In this document: one piece after another, positions 42,488-55,449 of the stretch
Numbering within the stretch: position 1 is the stretch's first letter
Layout: every line of letters starts with the position of its first letter
From: Eledone cirrhosa
Lineage: Eukaryota
NCBI GenBank assembly: GCA_964016885.1
Contig: OZ024743.1
Coordinates: 109,802,001 to 109,866,000 of the forward strand
DNA length: 64,000 nt
Direction: 5' to 3'
Notes under the pieces: model-generated
Databases searched by the model: none
Seen by the model: the letters and a program-made list of their open reading frames with translations, nothing else
What the model was told of the DNA's origin: nothing
Program-made: the position numbers and the translations under genes

Positions 42488-45400
42488 TTACAGACACATA
42501 CTCAGAGTAGGCCCATTCACTCGGGCCATACTTGCTTCTCTCACCCATCTTTCAACAAAATGCTGGGAAGAGAGCACTTCCCTCTCTATTCTGATTTTCC
42601 TTTTCAGATGAAATTTGAAAAAGTTAATCACGGCATCACCGAAGAGGTAAGTGCTCGTCTTCAGCCCTTTCAAACGTGTCCACCATACTATCTCTTTCGC
42701 CATGGCCACCAGACAGATAAAAACTGCCTGCCCTTCCCGGCTAAAGGCAGAGGGCGGGGCAATCCTCACGATGGACTCAGCTGATAGCTGGATGCGTCCT
42801 ACACGTGACAGCAGGGGTTCGACATAAACCCACAACTCAGCAATGCTCGGACACTGGACGAGTGCGTGCAGGACGGTTTCGTCGTCCTGCGCGCATCTCG
42901 GACATGCCCGGCGGACGGCACCTCCATGCCTGTAGAGTTTATCCCGAACTGGCAAAGCTCCTCGGTAGCACTGCTAGGCCAGGGATTTCTGGAAGTTGTC
43001 TATAGGCCCCGGCCCGAAAATCCTTCCGAAGAGATTGGCTAGTTGATTGTCGTCAACGCCTAGATTTTCTCCAAGTACGTCGACACTGTTCCCCTCCACT
43101 AATCCTCTATAGAACGCCAAGTTTGAGTTTCCACCGATCACATTGCCCGATTGGTCGAGGGCTGTGAGCGCCTGAAGACATTCCAGTCTCCAAGCGCTCC
43201 CACTCGGTCTTTGCTTGTCCCAGGACTGCAGCTCCGTCAAGGAGACGAGCTGGGGAAAGTCGTGTCTAGCAAACGGCGACCACACCTGATCACCGTCGAG
43301 GAAGAGGTGGAGATGTCGTAGCCTGAGTGCGTGTCTGCGGATCATCAGCCACGGCATGCCCAGCCCTCCACAGATGGACCGCCTGACAATCGGAGCGCCG
43401 CCCCTCCACAAAAATCGAAAGAGCAAACGCTCCAGCGCAGTCAGGCGGGGCTTAGGACAAGGTACGACAGTCAGGTGGTAGTATATGACGGACGCGATGT
43501 ACGCGTTAGCCACATCCGTCGACCTTTCAGGGATAGCTTCCTCTCCGCCCATTTCTGGGTGAGAGAAGCCACACTGCTCTTCACCTCGTCCCAGTTTTGT
43601 CCGTCTGGAGGTCGGGACCGAACCAGACCCCTAGCAATTTAAGCAGTCCGTCCGTCCAGCGCCCGACGACGCTGTTGGACGGCATGGACCTGCCTCTCCA
43701 GATGCCGAGCTGCAGGCCTACTGACTTTTCCTGGTTGATCATTGCTCCTGTCACCGCTTCGTATTCTCTTAGTGTAGTGCCGATCGCCTCGATGTGTTTG
43801 GTGTTCGACACCACTACGGTGACATCGTCCGCATATGCTGACACGGATCTTCCGCATCCTAGTTCGCGCGGAACCCCCCTCAACGTCTCCAGTTTGTGCA
43901 GTAATGGCTCGAGAGTCTATACGTACAAGAGGGACGAGAGGGAACATCCTTGGCGGACCGAGCGCATGATGTTGAACGGTTCCGAAAGGTGACCGTTCAC
44001 TCTCACCACAGAGCAGATGTCGCTGTGCATGGCAGCGATCCAGCCTCTGAAGATAGGCCCCAAAGCCAGCCGCCCTCAGGACTGCCGCAAGGTAACGATG
44101 GTAGACCCTATCGAAAGCTTTCGACTGATCTAAATTGATCAAGGACCCACCCGTGCCAGGTTCCCTAGCTACCCTCTCTACGATGTATCGCATGAGGTGG
44201 AGGTTTCCGTGAATGGATCTGTCGGGAATGGCGCCTCTCCCACCAGGCCACCAACGACAAGCTCCAACCTCTTTGCTAGCACCTTGGCCAAAATCTTCAA
44301 CTCTGTGTTTAGCAGAGTTATGGGACTGAAATTATCTATGTTATCCCCCCCGTTTGGATCCTTTATCAGCAGCGCCACAGCTCCTCGGCTCACAGAGCTG
44401 GGAATTCTCCCGTTCTGTTGCCAGTTGCAGTAGACGTCCGCCAAGAGGCCTCCGAACAAGTCTGGCATCTGTACGTAAAGTTCATACGGCAGACCATCCA
44501 AACCAGGCGATTTCCCCCTTGTGCAGCCAGTCATTGCCTCCCTTACTTCAGCGGCTGTTATCGGCATTTCGCAACACTCCGCCTCAGTGGCCGAGAGCCG
44601 CGGCAGTCCTTCGGGGTAGACACTAACGTCCATCCCTCGATCCGGTCCGCCGCTGCCCCCGAACAGCTGTGCGAAGTGTCGCTGAAAAGCTTCACACATT
44701 TGCCCGGGATCGAGTAGCATGCGCCCATCGTGGTCCACCAAAGACCCGATCGTGTCTTTGTTGCCACGACGCGCCTCCGCCACTCGGGCCAATTGAACGG
44801 CTTTCGTCTCCACGTGTCTGAGAGCACGCACCCTAGCTCTGACAACGCAGCCTTCGTGCTTTGCATTGAAGAATTGGTAAAGGGCCAATTTCGCCGCAAG
44901 TACGTCGGTCGCGATGCCTTTGCTAAGCGCCTCGTCTAATTTTCTAACTAATTCTCCCTCTGCTCTATTTTTCTCTATTGCTAAAGCCTTACAAAATCTA
45001 ATGGACTCTATTCTATTTGCTCTTTTCAGAGCAAACCACCACTTGTTGTTGACGATGGCCCCCGTCAACGCCCGTTTAACTAGTTCGCTAATCCGGTCTC
45101 TGTAGGCTTTGCGCGCTGGTAAGGATGCGTTTATCTTCCAGTAGCCGGGTCCTCATCTATGAAGCCTATCTAAGTCAAGCACACAGATCACGAATTTGTG
45201 GTCCGTGTAGCTGACTATCTTGAATTGTGGACAGCCTATGCTAGACCTATTTATTTCCTCACAAAATACTCTATCTAGATATGATCTGGATGACCCTATA
45301 CGATTTGTCCAAGTCCACATTGGTACACACGGGAAATCCAATCGGTACCTGTCAGACAGTTCAAAATGCGTGAGCAGGTTGGTGAGGCTCTTGTACCCTG

Positions 45401-45878
45401 CTCCCCTATCCACTAAACCTACACAGTCACAGCGTGCATCTAAGATCCCCTTCCAGTCGCCCACTAACACGAAAGAGCGGGACATTCCAAGAATGGACTC
45501 CAGACGCCAGAAGGAATCAGGCCACTCTGCGCCTGTCGGGGCATAGACGGCCACTAGCCTGAAAGCTTGCCCGTCTCCGCTGGTCACGTCCAGCACCACG
45601 AACTTACCTTCTGGGTCCAGGAAGATGGCCCGTATGGCAAGATCAAACCTCTCCGAAAAAGAACAGCAACTTCTCCCCCCGATCACGGACGGCTGGGAGA
45701 TGCGTACAAATCGTAGCCGCCGAAGATCGGTGCGAAGGCCCATGCTTCGGAGATTCTGGTCTTGCTGATGGCCACTACATCTATGTTTAGTGACCTAAGG
45801 TCGTTGAAATAGGTGGCCCTTCTTCCAGGACGACCCCAAGCCACGCGCATTTATGCTGCCTATTCTGAGTGACGTCAT
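42488..45878 (-). pseudogene. LINE ORF2 (APE-RT-CCHC), multiply frameshifted
   Basis: Collinear ORF pieces 45153-45743, 44178-45068, 43639-44193, 43581-43883, 42974-43552 and 42488-42955. Confidence 0.88.
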
Positions 45879-46194
45879 GTTGAAATGGAGTGGAAAATAT
45901 GGGAAAGACCACTTACCTTACTTCTCGAAGAGGAAGGTTGGTTTCTCCATCCTTTTCACTGCTTTTGGCCTCCTCAGGAAGGATGTCCTTATAAATCCTC
46001 CTGGAGAGTGCCTGTCGGAAATCTCCGATGTCTTTGGGGAATTTTTGTTTTAGTGTCATGTACGTTTTCTGTGTGATGCGAGTGATTTGTATGTGTGGAG
46101 ATGGTGTGAACTTTTGGGTTGTTGTGTAGTCTTTTTCTGTTATGTTGGTGTTGTGTTGGATGTAGTGTATTAATTGGTTGTTGTTCAAATTTAA

Positions 46195-46380
46195 TTGTTT
46201 CTGCTTTAGGCACAAGGCCAGCAAATACCCAGTACATTACTGGTACTTTATTTTATCGACCCCGTAAGGATGAAAGGCAAAGTCAACCTCGGCGGGATTT
46301 GAAATCAGATCGTAAAGGGACGAAACTATGCTGGAAAGCATGGCCGTTGACCCTCTACCGATACTGCCAATCCATCGCCC
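46195..46380 (-). mobile_element. SINE inserted in LINE copy A ORF1, with a TSD of about 17 bp
   Basis: ttgttgttcaaatttaa on both sides (about 46178-46194 and 46390-46406); A and B boxes recognisable. Confidence 0.9.
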
Positions 46381-46708
46381 TTGTTCAAATTGTTGTTCAA
46401 ATTTAAAGCTGTGAAGTGTGTATCGTTTTGGTTGTTTTGTTTTGTTTGTGTTTGTTGTGTGTTTGTTTCTGTTTCGCTTTTTGGTGACTTTTGTGTTGTA
46501 GGTGATGGTAGTGTTGGAGTTAATGATGGTGATGGTGTTGGTGTTTGGGGTGATGGGGTTGGTGATGCTGGTGTGGATGGTGGCATTTCTGTCCAAACTT
46601 TTTTGTTTGATAGTTTATTTGTTTCCCTCTGTATTTTGTTTTGGAGGGGGAAGGAAGAGAATCTTTTCTTTTTTGGTTTCTTTTTTTCTTTTTTCCTGAT
46701 ACCGTTTC

Positions 46709-47782
46709 CTACTCCTCGTCGTCACAATCTATCTCCAGTTGTGATAGGCCGGGGAGTGGAAAATCCTCCACGGGCGTTAGTTTTGGTTGTGGCGTGGTGG
46801 ATGGTGTAGGCGCTGGTGCTAGTTCTGGAGCGTTAGGTGGTGCTGGTGTTGGTTTGGCTACTGTTGCTGGGGTTGTTGCTGTTATAGTTGCTTCTGTTGT
46901 TGCTGCTACAGTTGTTGCTGCCATCTCTGATGCTGGTGGTGTTGATGGTTGAGTCACTGGGGTGTGTAGGAGAGGTGGCCTCAACCTTTTAGCCTGCTAG
47001 GCCTCCTGCCCTCGACAATTACGGTGAGGTGGCTGCCGTCGGTGAGGTATATTACCTCTGGGATCTCCTCAATGCTTTTTTGGTCCGCTTGGATCAGGAG
47101 CTCCATCCCAGATCCGGATCAGTTCTCCTGCTTTTCTTTCGCTATTGCTATTATCTTGGTGTTGGCTTCGATGCCGGCGAGGACGGCAGCTATTAGCCAG
47201 GTAATTTCGATGGCCGGTGGAACGTGGGTGACCCTGATCTTTACGAGTCTCTGGCCACAATAGCTTGGGACGAGTGTGAACTCGTCACTTCTTAATGGGG
47301 CCAGGGAGTGTTCTCTAGCCGCCTCTGGTGTTTCAAAGAACACGTCCATGGTTCCATACTTCTGCCCACTTCTGATGTGGGTTTTTCTTGCCCACACATG
47401 TCCCAAAGCATTTTGGATTTGGGTCCTGGATGCCCATTCCACTCGGCGCGATTTTACATTAATTGTTCGATAAGACACGGTGCATAGGCGCCGATGCTCC
47501 ATTTTATTAGGTGTGTGTGGCCGGGGGGGGGGGGGGGGGTAAGGCTGACCCTGTACCCATCTTTCTTTACCATTTTTTGGCATCTTCTAATTCCTCCTGA
47601 GTTACATGAAATGCTTCGCACTGTTTTGCTACTCTGGCAAAACTCAGAGTGGTTTTCTTAATGTCATTTTTGCTGTTGTTGTTATCGTTATTTTTGATAT
47701 TATTAATTTTAGTTTCAGTTGTGGTGGTGGTGGTGCCGTCAGTGGTGTTCGGTGTGGAAGAGTTCATTTTGGTTGAATTCAT
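46709..47782 (-). pseudogene. LINE ORF1 (gag-like) remnant
   Basis: SFARVAK; GTMDVFFETPEAA..LVPSYCGQRLVKIRVTHVPP; followed by a Pro/Thr-rich region; upstream of ORF2 on the same strand. Confidence 0.7.
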
Positions 47783-48276
47783 TTCGATATCACGAGTTAA
47801 TTTATTTTTTCTTTTGTTTCTGTTGTCGCGCTGGTGGTGGGGGTGCTGGTTGTCGCGGTGGTGGTGGTGATGGTGGCGGCTTTAACACCTGCAGTCATTG
47901 GTAATGGCGGGAAATGAATGTCTGCCTGAGACAAATTTAAAATATTGCTACTGCATATATCTTTAGTGTTGGCAAACGTAGTAATATTTACAATGGTGGT
48001 GCGGTGTGATGTGTTAGTTTGTGAGGATGGTTTACAGCTTCGTGTGGCTGTGAGACTTCCATGTTTTTTCAAAGAAAGTTTTTTTTTTGATAATTATAAA
48101 TGTTTAAATTTTGGGCTCAAGGCCCCAATATTTTTGAGTGTCGTTTTCGGAAAACAATGTATGTGCACTTATATACAGTTAACAATAAAATTTTCCATAA
48201 ATGGCAATTTCAAAACAAACGAAAACAAGAAACCTTTGCGGAGCTCACGATGATACCATTTACTACGTAGGTCTCC

Positions 48277-48309
<33 letters not shown>

Positions 48310-48311
<2 letters not shown>

Positions 48312-51300
48312 TTTCTTTATTCACCACAAGGACAATACAGGACAATACAGGACGGTACAAATGGGCATTTCTGCGTGCCAAAAAAAAAGAGGATTTAAGA
48401 AAAAAAGAAACAATGAAGAATGTCCGAATAGGCACTTTGGTGGAGAAAGCCAATTAAAAAAAACCAGGGTGACCCTGATCACCAGGGCAAGTGCTCTCTC
48501 TCAGTTTTCCACCTTTAATTTACAGGCACATACTCACAGTATTCACTCGGGCCATTCTCGCCTCTGTCACCAATCTTTCAACAAAATGCTGGGAAGAGAG
48601 CACTTCCCTCACTACCCTGATTTTCCTTTTCAAATGAAATTTGAAAAAGTTAATCAGGGCATAACCGAAGAGGTAAGTGCTCGTCTTCACCACTTTCAAA
48701 CGTATCACATATACTATCTCTTTCGCCATGGCCACCAGACGGATAAAAACTGCCTGCCCTTCCCGGCTAAAGGGAGAGGGCGGGGCAATCCTCACGATAG
48801 ACTTAGCTGATAGCCGGATCCGTCCTACATACGACAACAGGTGTTTGACATAAACGCACAAGTCAGCAATGCTCGGACACTGGATGAGTGCGTGCAGGAC
48901 GGTTTCGTGTCCTTGCGCGCATTTCAGACATGCCCTGCTGACGGTACTTCCATACTGTAGAGTTTATCCCGAACTGGCAGAGCTCCTCGGTAGCACTGCC
49001 AGGTCGGGGATTTCTGGAGGTTGCCCATAAGCCACGGCCCGAAAGTTCTTCCGAAGAGATTGGCTAGTTGATTTTCGTCGACGCCTAAAATTTCCCTAAG
49101 TACGTCGTCGCTTTCTGGGGAAAGATGTGTCTAGGAAATAGCGACCCCACCTGATCACCGTCGATGAAGAGGTGGAGATCCGTATCCTGATGGCACTGTC
49201 TGCGCATCATCGGCTACGGCATGCCCAGCCCTCCACGTAGCAGCTGTTGACAGCAGATGGAACGCCTGACATCGTAGCGCGTCCCTTCCACAAAAAGCGA
49301 AAAAGCAAACGCTCCAGCGCAGTCAGGCGGGGCTTAGGACTAGACACGACAGTCAGGCGGTAGTAGAGGACGGACGCGATGTACGCATTCGCCACCTCCG
49401 CTCGACCTCTCAGGTATAGTTACCTCTCTGCCCATTTCTGGGTGAAAGAAGCCACCCTGCTCGTCACCTTGTCCCAGTTTTTGTCCGTCTGGAGGTCCGG
49501 ACCGAACCAGAGCCCAAGCAATTTAACAGGTCCGTCAGTCCAGCACCTGTGTACGCTGTTGGACGGCATGGTCCTGCCTCTCCAGGTGCCAAGCTGCAGG
49601 CCCACCGACTTTTCCTGGTTGATCATTGCACCTGTCACCGCCCCGTATTCTCTTAGTGTAGTGCCGATCGCCTCGATGTGTTTGGCGTTCGACACCACTA
49701 CGGTGACATCGTCCGCGTATGCTGATATAGATCTTCTGCATCCTAGTTCACGCGGGACACCCCTCAACGTATTCATTTTGTGCAGTTGGCTCGAGAGTCA
49801 ATAATTACAAGAGGGACAAGAGGGGACATCCTTGGCGGACCGAGCGCATGATGTTGATCGGCTCCGAAAGGTGACCGTTCACTCTCGCTACAGAGCAGAT
49901 GTCGCTGTGCATGGCAGCGATGCCGCTTCTGAAGACGGGCCCAAAGCCAGCCGCTCTCAAGACCGCCGCCACATATCGAAAGCTTTCGACTGATCTAAAT
50001 TGATCAAGGACCCACCCGTGCCAGGTTCCCTAGATACCCTCTCCACTATGTATCGCATGAGGTGGTGGTTGTCGTGGAAAGATCTGTCTGGAATGGCGCA
50101 TTTCTGCGCCTCTCCCACCAGACCACCAACGACAAGCGCCAACCTCTTTGCTAGCACCTTGGCCAAAATCTTGAACTATGTGTTTAGCAGAGTTATGGGC
50201 CTGAAATTATCTATGTTATCTCCCTTGTTCGGATCCTTTCTCAGCAGCGCCACCGCTCCTCGGATTACAGAGCTGGGAATTGTTCTGTTGCCAGTTGCAG
50301 TAGACGTCCGCAAAGAGGCCTCGAACAATGTGTACGTAAAGTTCATAGGGCAAACCATCCAAACCAGGGGATTTAACCTATTGTGTTAACCTCTTGATTT
50401 AACCAGTCATTGCCTCCTGTACTTCAGCGGGTGTTATCGGCTTTTCGCAAAACTCTGCCCCAGTGGCCGAGAGCCGGGGCAGTCAATGGAGGTCCACCAA
50501 ATACCGGATCGTGGCTTTGTTGACACGACGCGCCTCCGCCACTCTGGGCCCATTGAACGGCTTCTGTCCCCTCGTATCTGAGAGCACGCACCTTAGCACA
50601 GACAACGCAGCCTTCCTGCTTTGCATTGAAGAATTGGTCAAGGGCCAATTTCGCCTCAAGTACGTCGTTCGCGATTCTTTTCCTAAGCGCCTCGTCTAAT
50701 TTTCTTACTAGATCTGCCTCTGCTCTATTTTACTCTAATGCTAAAGACTTACTAAACCTAATGGAATCTATTCTAATCGCTTTTTTCAGAGCCAACCACC
50801 ATTTGTTATTTACGATGGCCCCCGTCAACGCCTGCTTAAATAGTTCCCTGATCCGGCCTCTGTAGGCCTTTCGCGCTGTTAACGACGCGTTTAGCTTCCA
50901 GTAGCCGGGACCCTGTCTATGAAGCCTATCTAAGTGATCCTCACAGATCACGAATTTGTTGTCCATGTAGTCGACTATTTTGAAATGTGGAGAGACTATG
51001 CTATACTATCTATTTTCCTACAAAATACCCTATCTAGATATGATCTGGATGACCCGGTGCGGTTTGTCCAAGTCCACATTGAAACATTCGAGAAATCCAG
51101 ACGGTACCTGCAACATAGTTGAAACCATGTGAGCAGATTTGCGAGGCTTTTTCACCCTCTCACCCTATCCGCTAGTCCCACACAGTACCAGCGTGCATCT
51201 AAAACCTCTTTCCAGTCGCCCACTAACACTAAAGAGCGGGAATAAATCAGGCCGGAAGAAATCAGGCCGCCCTGCTCCTGTCCGGGCATAGACGGCCACT

Positions 51301-52660
51301 AGCCTGAAAGCTTGGCTGTTTCCGCCGGTCACGTCCAGCACCACCAACTTACCTTCTGGGTTAAGGAAATGGCCCGTATGGCGAGATCCAAACCTCTCCG
51401 AAAAAGCACAGCAACTCCTCAACCCGATCCAGGACGGCTGGGAAATGCGTACACATCGTAGCCGACGAAGATCGGAGCGAAGGCCCGTGCTTCGGAGATT
51501 CTCGTCTCGCTGATGGCCACTACATCTATGTTTAGTGTCCTGAGGTCGTTGAGCAGGTGGCATTGCTTCCATGACGAACCCAAGCCACGCGCATTTATGC
51601 TTCCTATTCTGAGTGAGGTCATGTTGAAATGGAGTGGAAAAGATGGGAAAGACCACTTGCCTTACTTCTCGTAGAGGAAGATTGGTTACTCCATCCTTTT
51701 CACTGCTTGTGGCCTCCTCCGGAAGGATGTCCTTATAAATCATCCTGGAGAGTGCTTGTCGGAAGTCTCCGATGTCTTTGGGGAATTTTTGTTTTAGTGT
51801 CGTGCACGTTTTCTGTGTGATGCGACTGATTTGTATTTGTGGATGTGGTGTGAACTTTTGGGTTGTTGTGTAGTCTTTTTCTGTGTTGATGGATGTAGTG
51901 TAATAATTGGTTGTGGTTCAAATTTAATTGTTTCTACTTTAGGCACACGGCCAGCAATTACCAAGTGCATTACTGGTACTTTTTTATCGACCCCGTAAGG
52001 ATGAAAGGCAAAGTCTACCTCGGCGGGATTTGAACTCAGATCGTAAAGGGACGTAACTATGCTGGAAAGCATGGCCTCCGACCCTCTACCGATACTGCCA
52101 ATCCACCCGGTTGTTAATTTTAGTTTCAGTTGTGGTGGTGGTGGCGTCAGTGGTGTTCGGTGTGGAAGAGTGCATTTTGGGTGAATCCATTTCGATGTCA
52201 GGAGATAATTTATTTTTTCTTTTGTTTCTGTTGACGCTGTGGTGGTGGTGGGGGTGGCGGCTTCAACACCTGCAGTAATTGGTAATGGCGGGAAATGGAT
52301 GTCTGCATGAGACAAATTTAAAATATTGCTACTGCTTATATTTTTAGTGTTGGCAAACGTAGTAATATTTACAATGGTGGTGTCGGTTTGAGGTGTTAGT
52401 TTGTGAGGAATGCTATCAGCTACTTGGTGCAGCTGTGAGTCGGCCATGATTTTTTCAAAGAATTTTTTTTTTAATAATTATAAAAGTTTAAATTTGGGCA
52501 CAAGGCCCCAATCTTTTTGACTGTGCTTTTCAGAAAACAATGTATGTACACTTATATACAGTTACCAATAAAAAAATTCCATAAATGGCAATTTTAAGCA
52601 ACTGAAAATTACAAACCTTTGCGGAGCTCACGATGATACGATTTACTACGTAGGTCGCCA
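48310..52660 (-). mobile_element. Tx1/L1-clade LINE, copy B (tandem, with internal deletions)
   Basis: Collinear with copy A; ORF2 starts at MTSLRIGSINARGLG (51622); about 1.3 kb of ORF1 is missing next to the SINE. Confidence 0.9.
51925..52108 (-). mobile_element. SINE at the same site as in copy A
   Basis: Same left junction ttg(t/g)gttcaaatttaattgtttct. Confidence 0.88.
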
Positions 52661-52681
52661 ATAATAATAATAATAATAATA

Positions 52682-52785
52682 ATTGTTTCTACATTTGGCA
52701 CAAAGCCAGCAATTACCCAGTGCATTACTGGTACTTCATGTTATCGACCCCATAAGGATTAAAGGCAAAGTTAACCTCGGCGGGA
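52682..52785 (-). mobile_element. 5'-truncated SINE within (TAA)n
   Basis: ttgtttct..ggcacaa..tactggtac..tcgacccc..aaaggcaaagttaacctcggcgggat. Confidence 0.8.
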
Positions 52786-52837
52786 TAATAATAATAATAA
52801 AAGATCTTTACAATTTACTACGTAGGTCGCCAATAAA

Positions 52838-52878
<41 letters not shown>

Positions 52879-52892
52879 TAATAATAATAATA

Positions 52893-53896
52893 ATGATAGA
52901 GTGCTGTGTTGTACAAGTGAGTTTGGTCGCTCCTGAACATAAGAAGATAATCGAACGGGTCTGGTCACCCAACTACAGTAACAACAACAACAACAGCATC
53001 AACAACAACAACAACAACAACGACAACAACTATTATTACTATTACTATAACAACAACAACAACGACGACGACAACAACAACAACTATTACAACTGCTACA
53101 ACCATATAAGTAATAACTACTATACTAGTAGTAATCACAACAGCGTCGCCGTGGAGCTCGCAGGGCCATCACCACCACACCCTCATCACCCGTATCTGCC
53201 GCTCTTACACCGGCCCCAAATCTCGTTCGTCTCATCGTTGTCGCCGCTGACGACGTCGCCGACGTCGACGCCGCCGCCGCCGTCGTCGACGACGACGACA
53301 GCTACGCCACCTTTGCATCAACTGCCTCCTCCGCCGCCGCCCCCTTCCTCCGCGCATCACCCCCACCACCACCGCCACCGCCACCACCACCACCACCACC
53401 AGCAGCAACAGCAGCAGCAGCAGCAGGCGCTCAGACAGCAGCAGGGCCAGACGCTGTCGTCGCCGTCGCCGTCTCCGTCGTCGTCTTCGTCCTAGTCTTC
53501 GCCGCCTTCATCGCTGTCGCCCACCGCGTGCGCATCGTTGGTGGGCTACGCATCGGCCGGCGGCAGGACTCCCGTCACGGTTTCGGCGCCGCCCCTTCAC
53601 CCACCACCACTGCATCCGCCACCCCCGACTCTCGGCACGGGTATCCTATCCGCCTTCACAGTGGCTGCTGATAGAGGTGGCGGCGTTTACCGCAGTTCTT
53701 CCTGTGAGTCACCCAACGCTGTCAGCAGGGTTATGTCCTCATCAACAACTTCGGCCTCGTCGCGCGTCACTCACAACGGGCGCTTCACGAAAATCTCCGG
53801 CGTACCTTGCCCAGCCACGCCGACCCGCTATACAGCTCCTGTACAAATCGACGTAGGTGGAGTGATATACACATCATCATTGGAAACGCTCACCAG
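52893..53896 (+). CDS. KCTD15: Exon of a KCTD1/KCTD15-like BTB/POZ gene (low-complexity N-terminus plus BTB start); may be a pseudogene
   Basis: GVPCPATPTRYTAPVQIDVGGVIYTSSLETLTR matches the KCTD1/15 sequence [33 protein letters not shown]. ORFs 52683-53495 and 53538-53903 share one frame, separated by a TAG at 53493. Similarity ends at ACCAG|ATATTG. Start position uncertain; no downstream exons found in the window. Confidence 0.7.
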
Positions 53897-54211
53897 ATAT
53901 TGAATAGGATGGTTAAAGGATATGCTCCGATTTGGAAAACAAAGCAAGGAGAGAAAAGTGGAAAGATAAATGTAACAAGAACTACAAATGATTTCTTTCC
54001 TGATTTTGTCGGTAAGATGGCCGACACTACCACTATTATTTAACTGGGGAAGTTATATTTTGAGATTGCCATGCCTTCCAATCATTTTTCCATATCAGCT
54101 GGTCAGTGACAACATTTTACGAGCAAACCAGCCGGATATCCAGGGGATACACTCGGAGCAACATGGATGGATGTCATCCATGATATCGGATTGTCTCATT
54201 TGGGGATCCAA

Positions 54212-54212
<1 letters not shown>

Positions 54213-54276
<64 letters not shown>
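54213..54276. repeat. (AAT)n microsatellite
   Basis: Direct reading. Confidence 0.95.
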
Positions 54277-54279
<3 letters not shown>

Positions 54280-54667
54280 GAGGAAGGCATCAAAATAAAT
54301 ATATAGATAGACTCAAAAGAAAAAAGAAAAAACAAACAACAAAACCAAAGCAGCACAGCAACAACAGCAAAAAACGAGAAAAACAAACAGAGAAAAACAA
54401 AAACAAAAACGTAAAGAAAATAAGAATGAAGAGAGAAGCAGGCGGACGGACAGAGAAGAGGGGGGAAAAACTAAAACTAAAAAAACAAGAACTAAGTCAG
54501 ACATTCGAACACTACATTACAATGAAACTTATGCTTATTCATTTTTGGGGCCCTTTCTGCCTGTGTGTTTGTTTATGTGTGTTCGTATACAGCGTGGTGA
54601 TAATGCCACACAAGGGCCAAGTGGAACGGCGAATCCACAGATGGCTATGTAACCATACATTCGCCAA

Positions 54668-55449
54668 TCTATATATATAAAACTGTGGTTGTCTGTCTGT
54701 CTATCGATTTTTGGCACACATCTCCTCTTAGAATCTCTCACGGAATTGCACCGAAATTGCTATACTTGTACATTGAGCCCTAGCGAAGACATCGGAAAAA
54801 AAAAATTTCAAATTGACCCACCCTATGTGACGAAATCGAATATAATGTATCGATTTTTGAGCGTAAGTTATCAGTTATTTCCCTTTGTTCTGTTTACATT
54901 GAGCGTCTTACGTAAAAAAATTACGCTGGCTTTCTCAGTATTCGAGCCAGTAAAATATTGACCTGCAAAATTCATCAGTTCGAACACTAAGCTTCCGTTT
55001 TGCTTCATTTCCATTTAAAAGCATTTTAAAACAATATTTTTACTTGAAAACAAGTCTATTTAAAGACTACGTAAAACAAGCAAATATTTCAGGCGTGCAG
55101 ACAGATAGTCGTGCAGAGAGGTGATATAGGCGTGCAGACAGACATAACTGATAATTTGGTTACGCTAATGTTTTTCTCTGCGTTGCAGTGTTTACATTTT
55201 CGATCTTTGTTAATAAATAACCAGTGCAGTTTTTATCCCCAGCATCCTCTTTTGTTATAAAATTCGGGTTATCGTTATGTTTTCTTAACTTCATAAGGCA
55301 TATTGTTGGTTGAGGGAATATTAATCAAAAACACCACATGCAAGTCTGCACAGTAGACATTACAGTTTTTAAGCCAAAAAAGAAACTTAACATTGTAACT
55401 TTAACACAGCTACTGAGCGACCCCGAGCAACGCCGGGCTTTACTGCTAG
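54668..55449 (+). mobile_element. Non-autonomous Helitron
   Basis: 5' TCTATATATATAAAA; subterminal hairpin CCCG agcaacgc CGGG; 3' CTAG; inserted between A and T with no TSD. Confidence 0.85.

Larger units (their letters stand above)
42241..48277 (-). mobile_element. Full-length decayed Tx1/L1-clade LINE, copy A
   Basis: ORF1 remnants about 45900-48070; ORF2 from MTSLRIGSINARGLG (45878). APE motifs VYAP, GDW, SYLDR, TDH; RT motifs SPGLDGL, LDQSKAFDRV, AYADD; C-terminal CPRC..ETVLHALVQC. AATAAA plus (ATT)n at the 3' end. Confidence 0.9.

Noticed and set aside
46195-46380. tRNA gene (A and B boxes)
   Set aside because: No cloverleaf; multi-copy with a conserved core, tail and TSD, so a SINE.
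53897-53905. U12-type AT-AC intron donor
   Set aside because: ATATTGAA does not match the strict ATATCCTT U12 consensus.
53988-54680. 230-aa ORF as a continuation of the KCTD gene
   Set aside because: No BTB motifs; composed of (AAT)n and A-rich low-complexity sequence.
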